64,000 bases of DNA from Lama glama (taxonomy: Eukaryota): contig CM052816.1 of the NCBI GenBank assembly GCA_028534125.1, forward strand, positions 34,536,001-34,600,000. The letters run 5' to 3'. Each line of letters opens with the position of its first letter. Within the stretch, counting starts at the first letter, position 1. Positions 25,951 through 40,029 of this stretch are shown piece by piece. A model generated the notes under the pieces. That model was given only the letters and a program-made list of their open reading frames with translations. It was not told the DNA's origin and did no database searches. The position numbers and the translations under genes are program-made.

Positions 25951-28900
25951 CTAGAGGAGAAAATAACAAGAATTTACATTAACATATACACGTTCAAATA
26001 AAAAAGTAAAACATAAACATTAGGAATAGTCTTTAAATGTAAACAGTAGCATACTACTTGTTAAAAACTTTTTAGACCAATGAGAAAAATTCAACCTTGG
26101 GACCCTGGTGATAAAGCATCCTTAGTAATGTGTCTGAGGTGACTCCTCCTGCCCTAGGCAAAGCCACGCAGGTCACTCTAGAAGTCCCATTTCATAAGAG
26201 GATAATCTCTCACACAACTTCAAAGATTCCTGATGTCAGAAATCACATCTGATTTATTTCTACATCCTGCTGAGCACCTAGCAAAGTGCTTTACTATGCT
26301 TGATGCATGTTTATTGGAGGACTGACATTTCAAGTACAGCATTTGTTTCAATACACCTATGCTGAAAAATCACTATTTATTTTAGTACTTCTGACACTGA
26401 TAAGTTAATCACATAAGCTACACAAAAGTAATAATAAACGTAAAGCTAGTAAATATCATATCCCTCTGGGAATATAGAAAACATTACAGAGCACCCTGCT
26501 CCAGAATCAGTTATAATGTAGGCTATACAGTTTATCTTCCATTATTGAGAGAAAAGCTCTAACATTATCATTAGCTGCACATTGGGTACTCCCTTATCAT
26601 AATCCCATACAAAGTAAATAAATCCCGGCCTTGGAAAACGGAATTGTGACAAGAAGGTACCTTCCTCAGGGAAGGAAAAAAAATTCATAAACTGTTAAAA
26701 ATTTGAAGAACTACCTGAGGAAGTGTAAATGTCAAGAATTTAAGCAAGTATCTTAAATGCCACAGGGTTTTAAGTTTGCAAAAAGATGGTTTTGAAAATG
26801 GTATAAAATTTCAGAAGGAAAAGCAGCTTTAGTAAGGATATACATCACTAAATGCCTACAGCTAAGAGCCAAGTACCAAACCAAATTTAGTTGAGGCAGA
26901 CCAGAAGCATAAAGAGTAAGTATTTTGCTACAAAACATATAACAGAAGCCAGAGCATTAACACTACATGTGATTTTTTTCAAACATATGAAGGATCATGG
27001 AATCAATAACAGAGTGGATAATGGACACAATTTCTAAAAAATTATGAATGAATGACTGATTTCCTTGTATAAATTAAAAATGTGTTAATTATATCTGCTA
27101 TTACCATGGGGAGCACCAACTAATATCATTTCATATGGAGAATATGATGGCTCATTAATAGCGTTTAAAGAAACTTAAACGCCCAGTCAAACCTCAGATT
27201 CTCAAAGGCCCAAATCAAGAACTTATTAGAATGAAGCTGGAAATTTCTAAAAATTGCATTTCTTTAAGAACACAACTAAATCCAAGGATATTCTGTCCCA
27301 ATTACAGCCAATGGGATGTTGCTTACAGTTAGTAGTTCTTCTCTCTCTGGTGACTCCCTGATTTAGCCACACTCTAGAGGCCATGGACCAGTCCCACTCC
27401 TTATGCCATATGACCAATACTTGGAAGGCTGAGATGTCAGGACAGATTTGGGATTTAATCTCTGCCCATCAAATATAGAAACTCGACCTCCATATCTCAG
27501 TATTCCAATAAACAGATCTTTCGTAAAGTGTCAGAAGTAATTGGTCATTGACACAAAATTGCAAACTACTATACTTCAGTTAAAAAAAATAATAATTTGG
27601 TTGAAATAAATTCTTTGCTGCTCTTGAAGAGAGAATAGAAATATACAGTAAGTAATCTGAAAATTAAATGCAAAGAAATCACTCCATTGATGGAATTCTT
27701 CACCTGTATCAGTTTTACTTTGCTACATATTTCCTGTCCCATAGGCATAAATGGGCTCCAAGAAACAGACAACCAAGCAAAGAATTACACATATTATATT
27801 TTCCAGCTCCATCTGTGAATAATTTCTCCCTTCCCCCTCCCCATGATGCCTGAGATGCTACTGTGGCTGTGCACTGAGTTCTTATCTATACATAATGGTT
27901 ACTTTAAAGACTATCCTATCTATCAAAATGGGGGAGGCATGGAAAGCCTCTCACTCAGAATTCTCTTATCTGTTTTCTTCTTGCTTATCTGTCCCAACCT
28001 GGCTGGTCCCAGCTGCCCTCATTTCTCAGCTCCAATAAAACCTACCTACGGAAGTCTCTGGGATACCCAACCTAAATCAACACTCCCACTGTATCCCGCC
28101 CCCTCTATAAATACCACGAACAGTATTTATCACAAACCAAGTTGCCTTGTTCATTTCTGTGTCTCCTCTCTCTTCCTCCTCACCCCACCCACTACTATAA
28201 TGCAAGTTGCGAGAGAGCAGAGCCCAGGACATGCTGCTGTGCTCACTTTTCCAGGCCCAGCACAGAGAAACTGGCTTGGCAAATAATGGCCACTCTGTTC
28301 TCAGATGAACAGGGAATGAGTGAACGAGACTCTCAGGTTAAAATTAGTATTAACATTAAGTTTTTATATTAGATGAAGTTCACAGACATATGCAAAATAA
28401 ACTGGACAGGGAAGGGTCAGTTAGAAAGGAGTTTGAATAATCTGGGTATAAAGTGACATGATCTAAACTACAGTGTTGGTAGGAAAAATGGATGAGGAAG
28501 AAGAGAAAGGAGGTGTTTCATGAAAAAGTATCAGTGGGAATTAGGAAATGTCTGGAAACAAAAGACAACAGCACATATGACTTGGGGTTTTGATTCCAGG
28601 TGTCTAATGGGGGGGGGGTGTTAATACACAGTGAAGATGAGTTAAGAAGGAAGGTACTTTGCATTGATAAGTATAAATTTGGATAGGGCTCTCTAATGTC
28701 ACCAAAGTAGCTAACTGAAAGAGAAAAGTAAGTTTAGGAAAAGAGGCCAATACAAAAATTAAGTTCTGGAGGACTAAAACAAAGAGGAAATAGAGAAAGA
28801 TGGAAAGTCTGGAGAAAACAGTCAGAAGGAGACTTAAGCACCAAATAGAAGAAAAATAGCATAGATAACTGAGGCAATAGAAATATTAAAGATAAAAAGA

Positions 28901-29605
28901 AAAAGTCTGTGACTAGAGCCTAGAACATTCTAGAAAAGTGTAATGAGGAGCAACCTGCACTTCCCCCTGGTGGGAGGTGTTTTTATAGTTTAAAAAGCAA
29001 CCATGTAACTGTGACTTATTCAGAAATAGACACATCAGTGGGTCAGAATATAAAGTTGAAAAATAAAATTTTAAATTATTTATATTATTAAAATAGCTAT
29101 TAAATTGTGGAGTAAAAATAGATTACAGTTTTTTTCTTTTTAAATCTTCAGTCAGAAAGACTTAAAACAAGGTCGTAAGAAAGCCAGGATACTATGCTAT
29201 AAAAGCTAAGGGACTGATGTTTGACGTGGCATGCTGATGCAGGTTTTTAAGAAAAACTGCATGAGGAGGTCTGAAGAGGCATAAATAATGTCATAATAGC
29301 AGGCCAGAAAGAACACACATTTTAGTTTTTCTTAGCACAGTTTCTCTAATCAGGCAGAACAAATGGAAGAAAACAGACAACATGATTTAAAATATGAAGT
29401 AACGTGGCAATGACCGGACAATCGGGCCAGAGAATCTGGTTAATGGGTACTCATATTTTGCTGAACCGCATTTTCCCTGGTCTATACATATGAATGGTTA
29501 AAAACCAGATTATAAACCAGAACATTCTTACAGGCAGGAAGGTTGGGCTTGATACAAAATATTCACTATGTTAGGCAAAAACACTTGCCACTTGATCAGT
29601 TAAAC

Positions 29606-29665
29606 TAAAAACAAAAACAAAAACAAAAACAAAAACAAATCACACAATATACACACACACACATA
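29606..29665 (+). repeat. (AAAAAC)n followed by short (CA)n
   Basis: aaaaac repeated about 5 times, then acacacacacaca. Confidence 0.9.
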
Positions 29666-31690
29666 TAAAAACTGCAGAAGTGCACAAATTTGCCATGTAT
29701 ACCCCTGATTTCTAGAACACATGCAATATGCACAAAAAGGTCCAAATAAACATGAGGAAAAAGACCTAATGACTGAGAAGTGCATTAACCATCATCATCA
29801 CTTAGTGACAGGTACAAAAAGTAGGACTGACAGTCTCACCAAAGTAACACTTCAGGAAATATTTAGAAAAATATTTATAAGCAACAGAAGAAATGTTATG
29901 TTAGCCTACAAAAGTACCATATTTAAAATCGCTATTGTTAGCAGCACAAAATAAAATTCAGACTGCAAACTGTACATTTGACACTTTAATAACTTTTTTA
30001 AAATCAAGTAATGGGAACTATCTATAGAAAAAGTTACTTAGAACAAAGACAGGTACTTCCAAGTATTTTTATTAACTCAGTGTTCACCAAGAATCAATCG
30101 GGCTATTTCTCTGCAATATTGAGGGGGGGTGCCAAATCAAAAAAAGATGCCCACATCATAGGGTCTATTGCTTAACTTCTGCCAAGAGAGTCTAGTTTCT
30201 GGCAAATATTTTGCATGTAAGCTTTACCTAATATTTCCTAATAAACATGGGATCTGGACTCAAATGAAAAGAGAGGGAGAGAAAAGAGTATATACACACA
30301 GCAAATCCAGAAAATAGGAAATCAGGAACTAACTTTCACAATTAATAACATTCCGCCTCACTTTTTTAAATGGCCGACTTGCAAGCCATTACGCACTTCT
30401 GTTTCTATTTCATTGCTTGAGAATTTAATTTTGAAAAAAGCTTAAGAAAATATTGATCAAAATTCATCTGAGCATATCTGTCACAGCTCAGTTTGTCCAA
30501 GATCCAGAATTTACATTTAAGAACTTACTTGCCAAGCACAAGAAGCTGCAAATCACTTTCTCCAAGTGTCACTTTTTCCCCTAAGTAAACTCATCACACA
30601 TTTGGAATCTGCTCACACACAGGATAGACCCAAAGAGCTTTCTTCCCTAATGGGGAAATTGTTACAGATAACGTAGCAGCAAACAATGCATCATTTAGTG
30701 AGTGTCAAAGAATCACAAATTAATTTCACACGAGAAAACGAGCTGAATTTGTAATGATACATCTGGGGAAATATGAAATAATAAAAGGTGATGTATAGGG
30801 ATTTATTCTTAAATAAAAAATTAGTTAAAAGGGAAATTCAAAAAGATAGAGGCTCCCAATGAATCTATTAATAGCCTAAAAAATTTGCTCATCAGATTAT
30901 CTAATTCATATGCCTTTCATGGGGAGTATCTATTAAATTAGAAGGTAAAAATAAGTTTGCTTTAAAACCTCTCACATAACAATTGGGGAAACTCATTGTA
31001 TACTTCTGAATACTGTGGACTCCTGTTTTTAGAGACTATATGAGGGGCAGATGGCCAGTGAGTCATCTCTCCTAATCTCGTGCTCACTTCATTCCAGCCT
31101 TACCCCTTCTTTGAGTTTGCAGTCCATTCTCTCTCTTCCTGGAATATTTTCCCTCCCAGTATTTGCCTCACTGGCTCTTAACCCATCCATTAGGAGTCTT
31201 CTCTGGCCACCATACCCCACCCTATCCCCACCTAAACTGCTTTCTTTCATAAAACCCAAAACTCTTCTTTCACGGCATCTTGCACAAACTTTAATTACAC
31301 ATTTGTATGTTTACCATCTTTGTCCCTCAACAGACTGTAAGCTCATGAAGGCAGAAATCACATGTTTGCTCACCATTTAATTCTGGCTGTTCCTCTTAGA
31401 AAAGGGTACCAACAACTCAAAAAAAAAAAAAAGCAAGCAAAAAGTATGAAGCAGATATTCCAGAAATAACTACTAAAAATGAAAAAATGTTTATCTCACT
31501 TACAAGGAAATGCAAATTAAAAGTTCAATGACATAAAAAAGTTGTATAACATACTGTGATGTCAAGGATGTTTGGAAATAGGTTGGCAATAACTATCAAA
31601 TTTTAAAATGCATGTAAGTACTTTTATCCATTCTCATTAAAAGGAAGTCAGAAAATACATAAAAGTATAGAAATAAACAAAAGCATTGTG

Positions 31691-31994
31691 CAGTCAGCCC
31701 TAGATATTCGCAGGTTCCACATCCACAAATTCAACCAACTTCTGATGGAAAAAGAAAAAAAATTTTTTTCAAAAAGCAAAACTTAAATTTGCCACAAGTA
31801 GCAACTATTTACACAGTATTTATATTGTATTAAATATTATAAGTAATCTCAAGACGATTTCAAGAATACAGGAAGATGTGTGTAGGTTATACACAATACT
31901 ACTCCATTTTATATAAAGAACCTGAGCATCCAAGGATCTCAGTATTTGGGGTGAGTTCTGCAACCAATCCCCTGAGGATACCAAGGGATGACTA
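31691..31994 (-). mobile_element. MER2/Tigger3-family MITE
   Basis: Reverse-complement homolog of the element at 19667-21581 (cagtcagccc...aaccaatcccctgaggataccaagggatgact). Confidence 0.85.
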
Positions 31995-32194
31995 TACACG
32001 CTTGAGATAAAGAAACACTCTCACATTTACAAAAGACTAGAAATATATCTACAGGATCATCAATTGGGAGAAGTTAAATAAATTAAGGTTCACTCATAGA
32101 ACAGATTTTTACACAGTCATTAAAAAGAAAGACTCTCCTCTTTCCTGAAAGGTTCTCTAAGATACATTAAGTATAGTACAAAAAAAGCATAGTA

Positions 32195-32705
32195 CAAAAC
32201 CCTATTAGGATGGCTTTCATGCTTTCATCCAAACAAACAAACAAAGGAAACAGGTGTTGATGAGGACATGGAATAACTGGAAACCTTGGGCACTGTTGGT
32301 GGTAACATGAAATGGTACAGCTGCTGTGGAAATCAGCATGGGAGTTCTGTGAAAAATTAAACATTGAATTGTTATATAATCCAGCAATTCCACTTCTGGG
32401 TATATATACAAAATAATTGAACTGATATTTGTACACCCATTTTTCACAATAGTCAAAAGGTAGAAATAATCCAAATGTTCACTGATAGCTGAATGGATAA
32501 CAAAGCCTGGTCTGTTCACACAATGGAATATTATTCAGCCTTGAAAAGGAAGGGAATTAACACATGCTTCAATATGGATGAAACCTGAAGACATTATGTT
32601 GAGTGAAATAAGCCAGACATGAAAAAATAAATATTGTATGATTCCACTTACATGAGATACCTCGCCTAGTCAAATTTATAGAGACAGAAGGCAGAGTGGC
32701 GGTTA
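32195..32705 (+). mobile_element. L1MA/MB 3' fragment; short inverted L1 piece follows to ~32785
   Basis: ggtggtaacatgaaatggtacagctgctgtggaaa, ccagcaattccacttctgggtatata, caatggaatattattcagcc, gtatgattccacttacatgag. Confidence 0.85.
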
Positions 32706-32799
32706 TCAGTCTTCTTGATTTTAGCCATTCCAAGGTGTTTGAGATATGTTGTACTAATTTTAATTTGCATCTCCCTGATAACCACATATTACTTAGTCC

Positions 32800-34430
32800 C
32801 TGCACAACCATGCTCTCCCATACTGCTGCCACCTAATAAACTTCTTTAAGGTGTTTGAACATGCCATGTTCTTGCTAATCCCTGGCCCATAATCACAATT
32901 CTCCTCTCATAACTTGGAATTTCTTCCCCACCTTTTCCCACCCCCTTCATATCTGGCTAGTTCTAACAGCCTTTCAGGTTTCAGCTTGAATACCACCTGC
33001 TTCAGGAAGCTTTCCAAAACCCTCTTCTTGCTCCCATAGAAGGAAATGCTCTATTGTGATACTGTGTTAATTACACTGCTTTCCCTGCTCTGCGGTGAGG
33101 GCTGGGATCAGATCAGACTTGCTCACTTCTTGTATGCCTGGAGTCTAACACAGCAAACACTTATTGAATGGATGATGGAGAAAATAAAGGAAGGCTTTAG
33201 AGATGAGGTAGTATATTTCAGTCAAGTCTTAAAAAATAAGTAGGACTGAGATTATGCAATGTACAAAAGGGAAAAAAAATATCGTCACCTAAACTCATGG
33301 GCAAATTCCTAAAAAGCAGGACGTAACCTGTGACTGAGGACACCCAGGTGGTTCAGCATGACTAAGAGTGGGTGCGAAGCAGGAAGTGATTGGAGGTAAG
33401 GGAGGACAAACAGAGAAATCAGAGAACAAAATCAAGTATGCACCAGGCAAAGGAGATCAGGCTGTACCTTTTGACACTGAATTGTCACTAAAGCATTTTA
33501 AAGCCAAGAAGAGACATGGACAGACTCATATATTAGAAACCTAATTCTGCGGGTGAAATGGAGGACATATGGAAGAGGCACAGCTGGAAACAGGAAGACC
33601 AGTTGGAGGTTTTCATGACAGCACAAAATAGGAGTCATGGGAACCAAGCAGGGGTCAGAGAGCAGAGATGCCAAAAAGGCAGGACTGATAGGCTTGGGAC
33701 TGACTGGACAGCACAACAGGCAGACACAGTGGGTAAGAGCACCGGCTCTGGACTGAGGCTGCTGGGCTCTGGTCCTGACTTCACACTTACTACCTGGGGG
33801 ACCTTGGGCGCATTTCTTAACACCTTTACCTCAACAGCAGAATAAGGATAATGAAGGATCTTAATGTATAGGAATGCTATAGGACCAGCTGAATGAATAC
33901 ACGTAAGTGCTTAGAATGTGCCTTACATGTTGAGTACAGAGTAAGTACTCAATAAGCTGTTACTTTTACAGTTTACTAGAGAAGAAGAAAGAAATTGAGG
34001 TTGAAGCTTTGGATCTGGAAGCAGCCCACACACCTGGAAACTAAACAGTGTGGACAAGCACGCAAAATGAAGAGGAGAACCAAGGGGTGTGACCCTACAG
34101 ACGAGAAATGGGACATTTAATAAAGAGAAGAGAAGGGGGTCAGAGAGGTGATTAAAAAAGGAATGTTCACAATGCAGGACCAAAACCAGGAGAGAAAGGA
34201 CTCTGGGTCACGAAGACAAGGAAGAGAAAGAATTTCAAGGAGAACAGAGCAGTCAGCATCAATGAAGTATCCAGTGGACAGAGCAGCTGGGAAATCCTCA
34301 TGGCTTTGCACACAGCCGTGATGTAAACAGAAGCCAGCAGCTGAAGTGAATAAGCGGTGAAAGCAAAGCCCCCTCACTCCAGATGAACTGGGATTGGAGG
34401 GGTTGGGAATGGAATACACACTTTCTGAAA
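32800..34430. mobile_element. L2 fragments: + strand 3' end to ~33180, then - strand body interrupted by MIR
   Basis: ttcaggaagctttcc...ttattgaatggatga L2 tail, followed by purine-rich reverse L2 motifs. Confidence 0.6.
33708..33968 (+). mobile_element. MIR SINE
   Basis: gtgggtaagagcaccggctctggac...ctggtcctgacttcacacttactacctgggggaccttgggc...gtgcttagaatgtgcc...agtaagtactcaataag. Confidence 0.85.
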
Positions 34431-36576
34431 TAAATGTACACCACTGCTTCAGCTGTTAGAACCAAAGTTATTTTAGACACTGGGGCACTGCCTTGCTTCC
34501 TTTGATGAAACTCAATCCAAATCTACAATTTATACTGAACATTACAAGACACACTGTAACTTCTCACTGCTCTGCAAATTTTACAGCAGTCTTTGATTAA
34601 ACACCATAAAATCTGACCTGTATAAAATGTACAGTAAATTAGCCTTATATAAGAACTTTAAAGGTATTTTTTCCAGTGAGCTCAAAATGCACATTAGTAA
34701 GTTTGAATCTGTATTATTTAAGAAAGTAACCTCAAACATTTCTCTGATTTCAATAAGCAAACATTACTAGTTAAGAAGACAGGGTAGAAGTTTCACTTAA
34801 TTATAAACCTAGGAAAAAAGATAGAAGAGAATGGTAGAAAAAGACTTCTACAAAGACTTTACATTCTTCGCAAAACAATGAAACCCAGCAACGCATTGAA
34901 GATACAGTATCTAATGGTACATTCCCCCCCGCCCCCACATTTAGATTATTTCATATCACAAGGTCCACACAGAGAAGTTGGTCAAGACTCTGGCAAACAC
35001 ATAAACTGCTCTAGGTTCCAACATCTCAGTGGACTTCTCAACTGAACACTGGTCTTAACAGCAAGAGCAGATGCAATGTAAAAAATCTTTCAATGTCTCA
35101 GAGCCCAGAGAGGAAAAATGAATATGTAATACACTGGATGCGAGTTAAAGGAAATGCTAAGGCTAGCGTTTCAGCTGCTTGACTCTGAATAAAGGTTCCC
35201 ATTTTGATGTATTACAGACGTCATGCAGTACTTAACTGCACTAAGGCAAAAATACTCAAACTGGAAGCCTAAAAAGTAAAAAGAATGTTCACTTTCAAAA
35301 TAAAACAAGCATAGACAGAAAATGTGCTGATTATATCGGAAGGCAGTTTCTTTTAAATCCATTGGATATGTGTTACAAGTAGGTACTGTGACTACACTTG
35401 ATTAAATTACTTTGAGTTGCACAAAAATAAAAAACTAGATGTTGTTTGCATGGATCTCCCTTTAGTTAACTAGATTTTCATTTTTTAAAGCTTATAGAAC
35501 TGAATACCACTGCCACAGCGGGGAAGAATCAAACAAGTCGATGCTAGCTTAGATTATGGGGATCATTTGAGTTATGTTTCTGTTAAGTTCCACAATCAAT
35601 TGCTATTCTTCAGGGACAATAAAAGCTCACACAGAACTCTGCTAGAATTAACAGGTTCTTCTCTGCAACAGCTCGCTTGCAAATTCAGGTACAGACATTT
35701 AATCCATAGACTCATCTTCAAAAAGGGAAAAATAAGTCACTGCATAAGCATTACACTGATCGTCAAAAAAACTCCTATCAGTGGTGCCACTTAGCACAAG
35801 CTCAGAATTTTAAATAATGAAAGCAAATCTATGTATTAAGTACCCCCCGCCCTCTGCCCCAAGCCCAGCTCTCCAAAAAAGGGATCTGAGGAGAAATACA
35901 TCAGCTAGCTTTCTTGGTTGCAAGCAACACTGAATCCAGAGGAGAAATGTACTGGGGGACAGTTCTGAGCACACAGCATTGAGGACAGGCTATGAGTCCA
36001 GGCTTAACAGAGGACTGAAAAACAGTGAGAGGCCATGCTACAGGCACGGCAGGGACCGTAACACAGGACAGGAACAGTCCTGTGAGAGCACCAGTGCTGT
36101 GAGGTGTGACCTGCAACCTTCCCTCCATTCTGCTCCCTTCCTCCCATCTCTCCACCCTCGCTTCACTCTCTGTAGATTCAAAACCCGGGTTGTTTAGCTG
36201 AGCTCAGATCATAGTTGACTCATCTGACCTGGGGCAGGAAGATGAAGGATCTGACTTCCCTGTTTGGAGACCATTTCCTAAAAGGAAATCAGGTGAAATG
36301 GATGGGAAACAAAGTGTTCTATTAGAAAAGGAAGGGATTTTAGTGACTTACATTCTCAGTTCAAAACAAATTCCAGGTGTGGATACATGTTACTGCTCAT
36401 GGATGAAAATAAAAAAAGGAAAATACCTGGATTTAGAGACAACTAAATAAAGAACCCAGAACTAAAGGGTAATTTAAAAACAAGTATTCAAAGCCAGATG
36501 AGAATGGGCTCCACACCACAGAGAACTGAATCTGAGATGGGAGGAAAAAAACAAAAATCAAAAAACAAAACCTTGA

Positions 36577-37842
36577 CTGGACAGCAGCATGTAAAATAAT
36601 GAAGCCAGAACACTCCCTTACACCATACACAAAAATCAACTCAAGATGGATCAAAGACTTAAACATAAGACAAGATACAATAAACCTCCTAGAGGAAAAT
36701 ATAGGCAAAACATTATCTGACATACATCTCAAAAAGTTTCTCCTAGAAGAAATAAAAGCAAGAATAAACAAATGGGACCTAATGAAANNNNNNNNNNNNN
36801 NNNNNNNNNNNNNNNNNNNNNNNNNNNNNNNNNNNNNNNNNNNNNNNNNNNNNNNNNNNNNNNNNNNNNNNNNNNNNNNNNNNNNNNNNNNNNNNNNNNN
36901 NNNNNNNNNNNNNNNNNNNNNNNNNNNNNNNNNNNNNNNNNNNNNNNNNNNNNNNNNNNNNNNNNNNNNNNNNNNNNNNNNNNNNNNNNNNNNNNNNNNN
37001 NNNNNNNNNNNNNNNNNNNNNNNNNNNNNNNNNNNNNNNNNNNNNNNNNNNNNNNNNNNNNNNNNNNNNNNNNNNNNNNNNNNNNNNNNNNNNNNNNNNN
37101 NNNNNNNNNNNNNNNNNNNNNNNNNNNNNNNNNNNNNNNNNNNNNNNNNNNNNNNNNNNNNNNNNNNNNNNNNNNNNNNNNNNNNNNNNNNNNNNNNNNN
37201 NNNNNNNNNNNNNNNNNNNNNNNNNNNNNNNNNNNNNNNNNNNNNNNNNNNNNNNNNNNNNNNNNNNNNNNNNNNNNNNNNNNNNNNGCAGTATTTACAA
37301 TAGCCAAGACATGGAGACAGCCTAAATGTCCATCAAGAGATGACTGGATAAAGAAGATGTGGTATATTTATACAATGGAATACTACTCAGCCATAAAAAC
37401 CGACAACATAACACCATTTGCAGCAACAGGGATGCTCCTGGAGAATGTCATTCTAAGTGAAGTAAGCCAGAAAGAGAAAGAAAAATACCATATGAGATCG
37501 CTCATATGTGGAATCTAAAAAAACAAAGAAAGCATAAATACAAAACAGAAATAGACTCAGACATAGAATATAAACTTGTGGTTGCCAAGGGGGTTGGGGG
37601 TGGGAAGAGAGAGATTGGGATTTCAAAATTGTAGAATAGATAAACAAGATTATACTGTATAGCACAGGGAAATTATATACAAGATCTTATGGTAGCTCAC
37701 AGAGAAAAAAATGTGACAATGAATATATATATGTTCATGTATAACTGAAAAATTGTGCTCTACACTGAAATTTGACACAACATTGTAAAATGATTATAAA
37801 TCAATAAAAAACGTTTAAGAAAGAAAGTAAAAAAAACAACAG
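36577..37842 (+). mobile_element. Young lineage-specific 5'-truncated L1 with 17-bp TSD (1 mismatch); spans a 500-N gap (36788-37287)
   Basis: Open ORF2 frames (SLTPYTKINSRWIKDLNIRQDTINLLEENIGKTL; FTIAKTWRQPKCPSRDDWIKKMWYIYTMEYYSAIK), 3'UTR and AATAAA. TSD aaaaaacaaaaccttga 36560-36576 / aaaaaacaaaactttga 37843-37859. Confidence 0.93.
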
Positions 37843-38089
37843 AAAAAACAAAACTTTGAGAAAAATCTCACAAAATGCAGTAAATACAAAAAAATTAAAA
37901 TTAAAATTAAAATGCATATGCGAAAGAGACTAGAGACTGAATTCTAAAACAAATGAAATAAAACAGGAATTAGCAGGAATAAAAACCATAAGCTGAAAAT
38001 ATGTTTGAATTGATAGATGAAAAGTGTAATAAATTATACATACCTAGATATATGGCAAAAGTTTAGAATCTTAGGGATCACTGCCACTG

Positions 38090-38830
38090 TTGCTTTGTAA
38101 AGAAATCTCAAAAGAAATTCTAAAGAATAAAAACTGTACAGTCCATGCTCTCTGATCAGAAGACATTAAAACTAGCTTTTAACATCTAAAGTGTATCTGG
38201 GAAAAAAATAGCACTTGGAGCTTGAAAAATTTTCCTAACATACTCAAGTCAAAGAGAAAACAATAAATACAGTTACAGAATATTTAGGGAAAAAAATACA
38301 ATAATGAAAAAACAACATAAAAATGTGAAAGCTAGTTACAGCAGTGCTAAAAGGCAAACACAGAGGGAGAAATGCTCCCTATTAAAATAAATTAACTGGC
38401 CCATTTAGCATTAGTAAAAACAGGTAGAAGGAATTAGAAAGATAAAAGAAGAAAAGTCAAGAGTAAATACCAGTAAAATATAGGGGGTTTTTTGGGGGTG
38501 GGGGGTGGGAGAGGGTAAAAAAACCAATAGAAATAGTAAAAGCTTTAGCCAATAAACAGATTTAAACTGTCTGTTAAGGTACTCAAAAATAGTAAGGGCA
38601 AAAAAAGAAAAAAAATTACAGATGGATAAAATCTTAAAATCTGAACAATATGAGTAAAACACTATGAAATTAGAATTTAAGAAAACATGAAGTATTATTT
38701 GTACTCCAGGAGCAATATAAGACCTAGACAGACATAGAAATTGTTTTAATCTTTAAACTTAGTAAAACAAAAAATTACATATAACACAAACACCAATTCC
38801 ACAGAATTTTACAGAACAGTTCTTAATTTT
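38090..38830 (+). mobile_element. Highly decayed L1M ORF2 fragments
   Basis: catgctctctgatcagaagacattaaaactag and gcagtgctaaaaggcaaa in A-rich context. Confidence 0.5.
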
Positions 38831-38869
38831 TGAAAGGCTACAAGCTAGCAGGTAGCTCGATTTAAACTA

Positions 38870-39125
38870 AGGATTTGTGTTTGTGTATGTGTGTATGAAT
38901 CTAAATTAGCTGCTAACATTTCAATTTAAAAAGTCAAGGCATTTTACATAACATTTTGGAATTCCAGCTTGTCATGAATAACTGGAAGAAGATCCTGACA
39001 ACTGCGGTTCCCATGGCCACACATGGCAAGAGTGGAAGAGGGGCCAGTCTCCTTGGGTGTGGCAGTAACTCTTGGATTATCCGGTACCCTCAGAGCTTGT
39101 AATCTTCAGTAATGGCAACTTCCTA
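38870..39125 (+). mobile_element. MER102-like hAT-Charlie fragment
   Basis: ttccagcttgtcatgaataactggaagaagatcctgacaac...cacatggcaa resembles recalled MER102. Confidence 0.45.
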
Positions 39126-39544
39126 GCCACACTTATAAGCATTTTAAGCATGTTATCAGAAAAAAAAAAAAGGTCTGATAGATAATGACGGAAAACCGAC
39201 GCTCCCCCAATTACCTTTAAGTGTTTATGTCAATATCTATCAACATCATCCCCTCTTCTATATATTTTTTTCTTTTTTGATAGGGTAGGAGAACTTAGCA
39301 AGTTAATTCTAAAGCTCTCTGGGAAAATTAAGCTGTCACTCATTAAAAGAACTGTTCAATAAAGAAAAACAAGGAGATATTTAAACTGTCTGTTAAGGAA
39401 ACATATCATAAGGCTGCAACAATTACAGTCAAACAGAAAAGTCCCTGAAAGAGGCCAGAAAGCCCAGAAATCAATGCATATTTAAAAACAATAAAGATGC
39501 CACTTCAAATTAGTAGAAATCAAAGGACTATTTAAATCTTAGGG

Positions 39545-39775
39545 AAGCAGCACAACACAGTGTGCAAGGAACAGCCCAGGGGTCTGGACAGGCTAGACTA
39601 GATGGCACAGCAGTGTGGCATGTCCAGCTGGGTGACCCTGAATGACCAGTGTTCCTACCTGGAAAATCAGGATAGTCACTGTATCTGTCTCACAGGATTG
39701 CTGAGAGGATTATCAGTTACCATTTGTAAAGTACTTAAAACGGGAACTAATACAATGAGTGCTATATACATGACA
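39545..39775 (+). mobile_element. MIR SINE
   Basis: agctgggtgaccctg...cagtgttcctacctggaaaatcaggata...ctcacaggattgctgagaggatta...tgtaaagtacttaaaac. Confidence 0.75.
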
Positions 39776-40029
39776 TTTAATAAATAAAAGAAAGCAATGT
39801 ATGCCAAGGTAGTCCTAAAACTCCCGGGAATAGCAGGGAGAGAGGTACAGGGAGCAAAACCGCCCATCACACCACAGTAAAACAATAAGCTTCAGGATTT
39901 ATGAAAGTAAACAATAAAAAATTAAACCAGGGGAAAACGGACTATTTATCTGATCTCTTAGACTAGGGAAGACATTTTAAATATGACAGCAAAGTCAATA
40001 TCAAGAAGACAGATGAACACATTTGACTA

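Noticed and set aside
27843..28286. 147-aa ORF on plus strand
   Set aside because: No recognisable domain, repeat-like composition and no supported splice structure; consistent with chance.
36599..37518. ORFs of 192-248 aa
   Set aside because: They span the gap; the real residues are fragments of a 5'-truncated L1 ORF2, not a gene.
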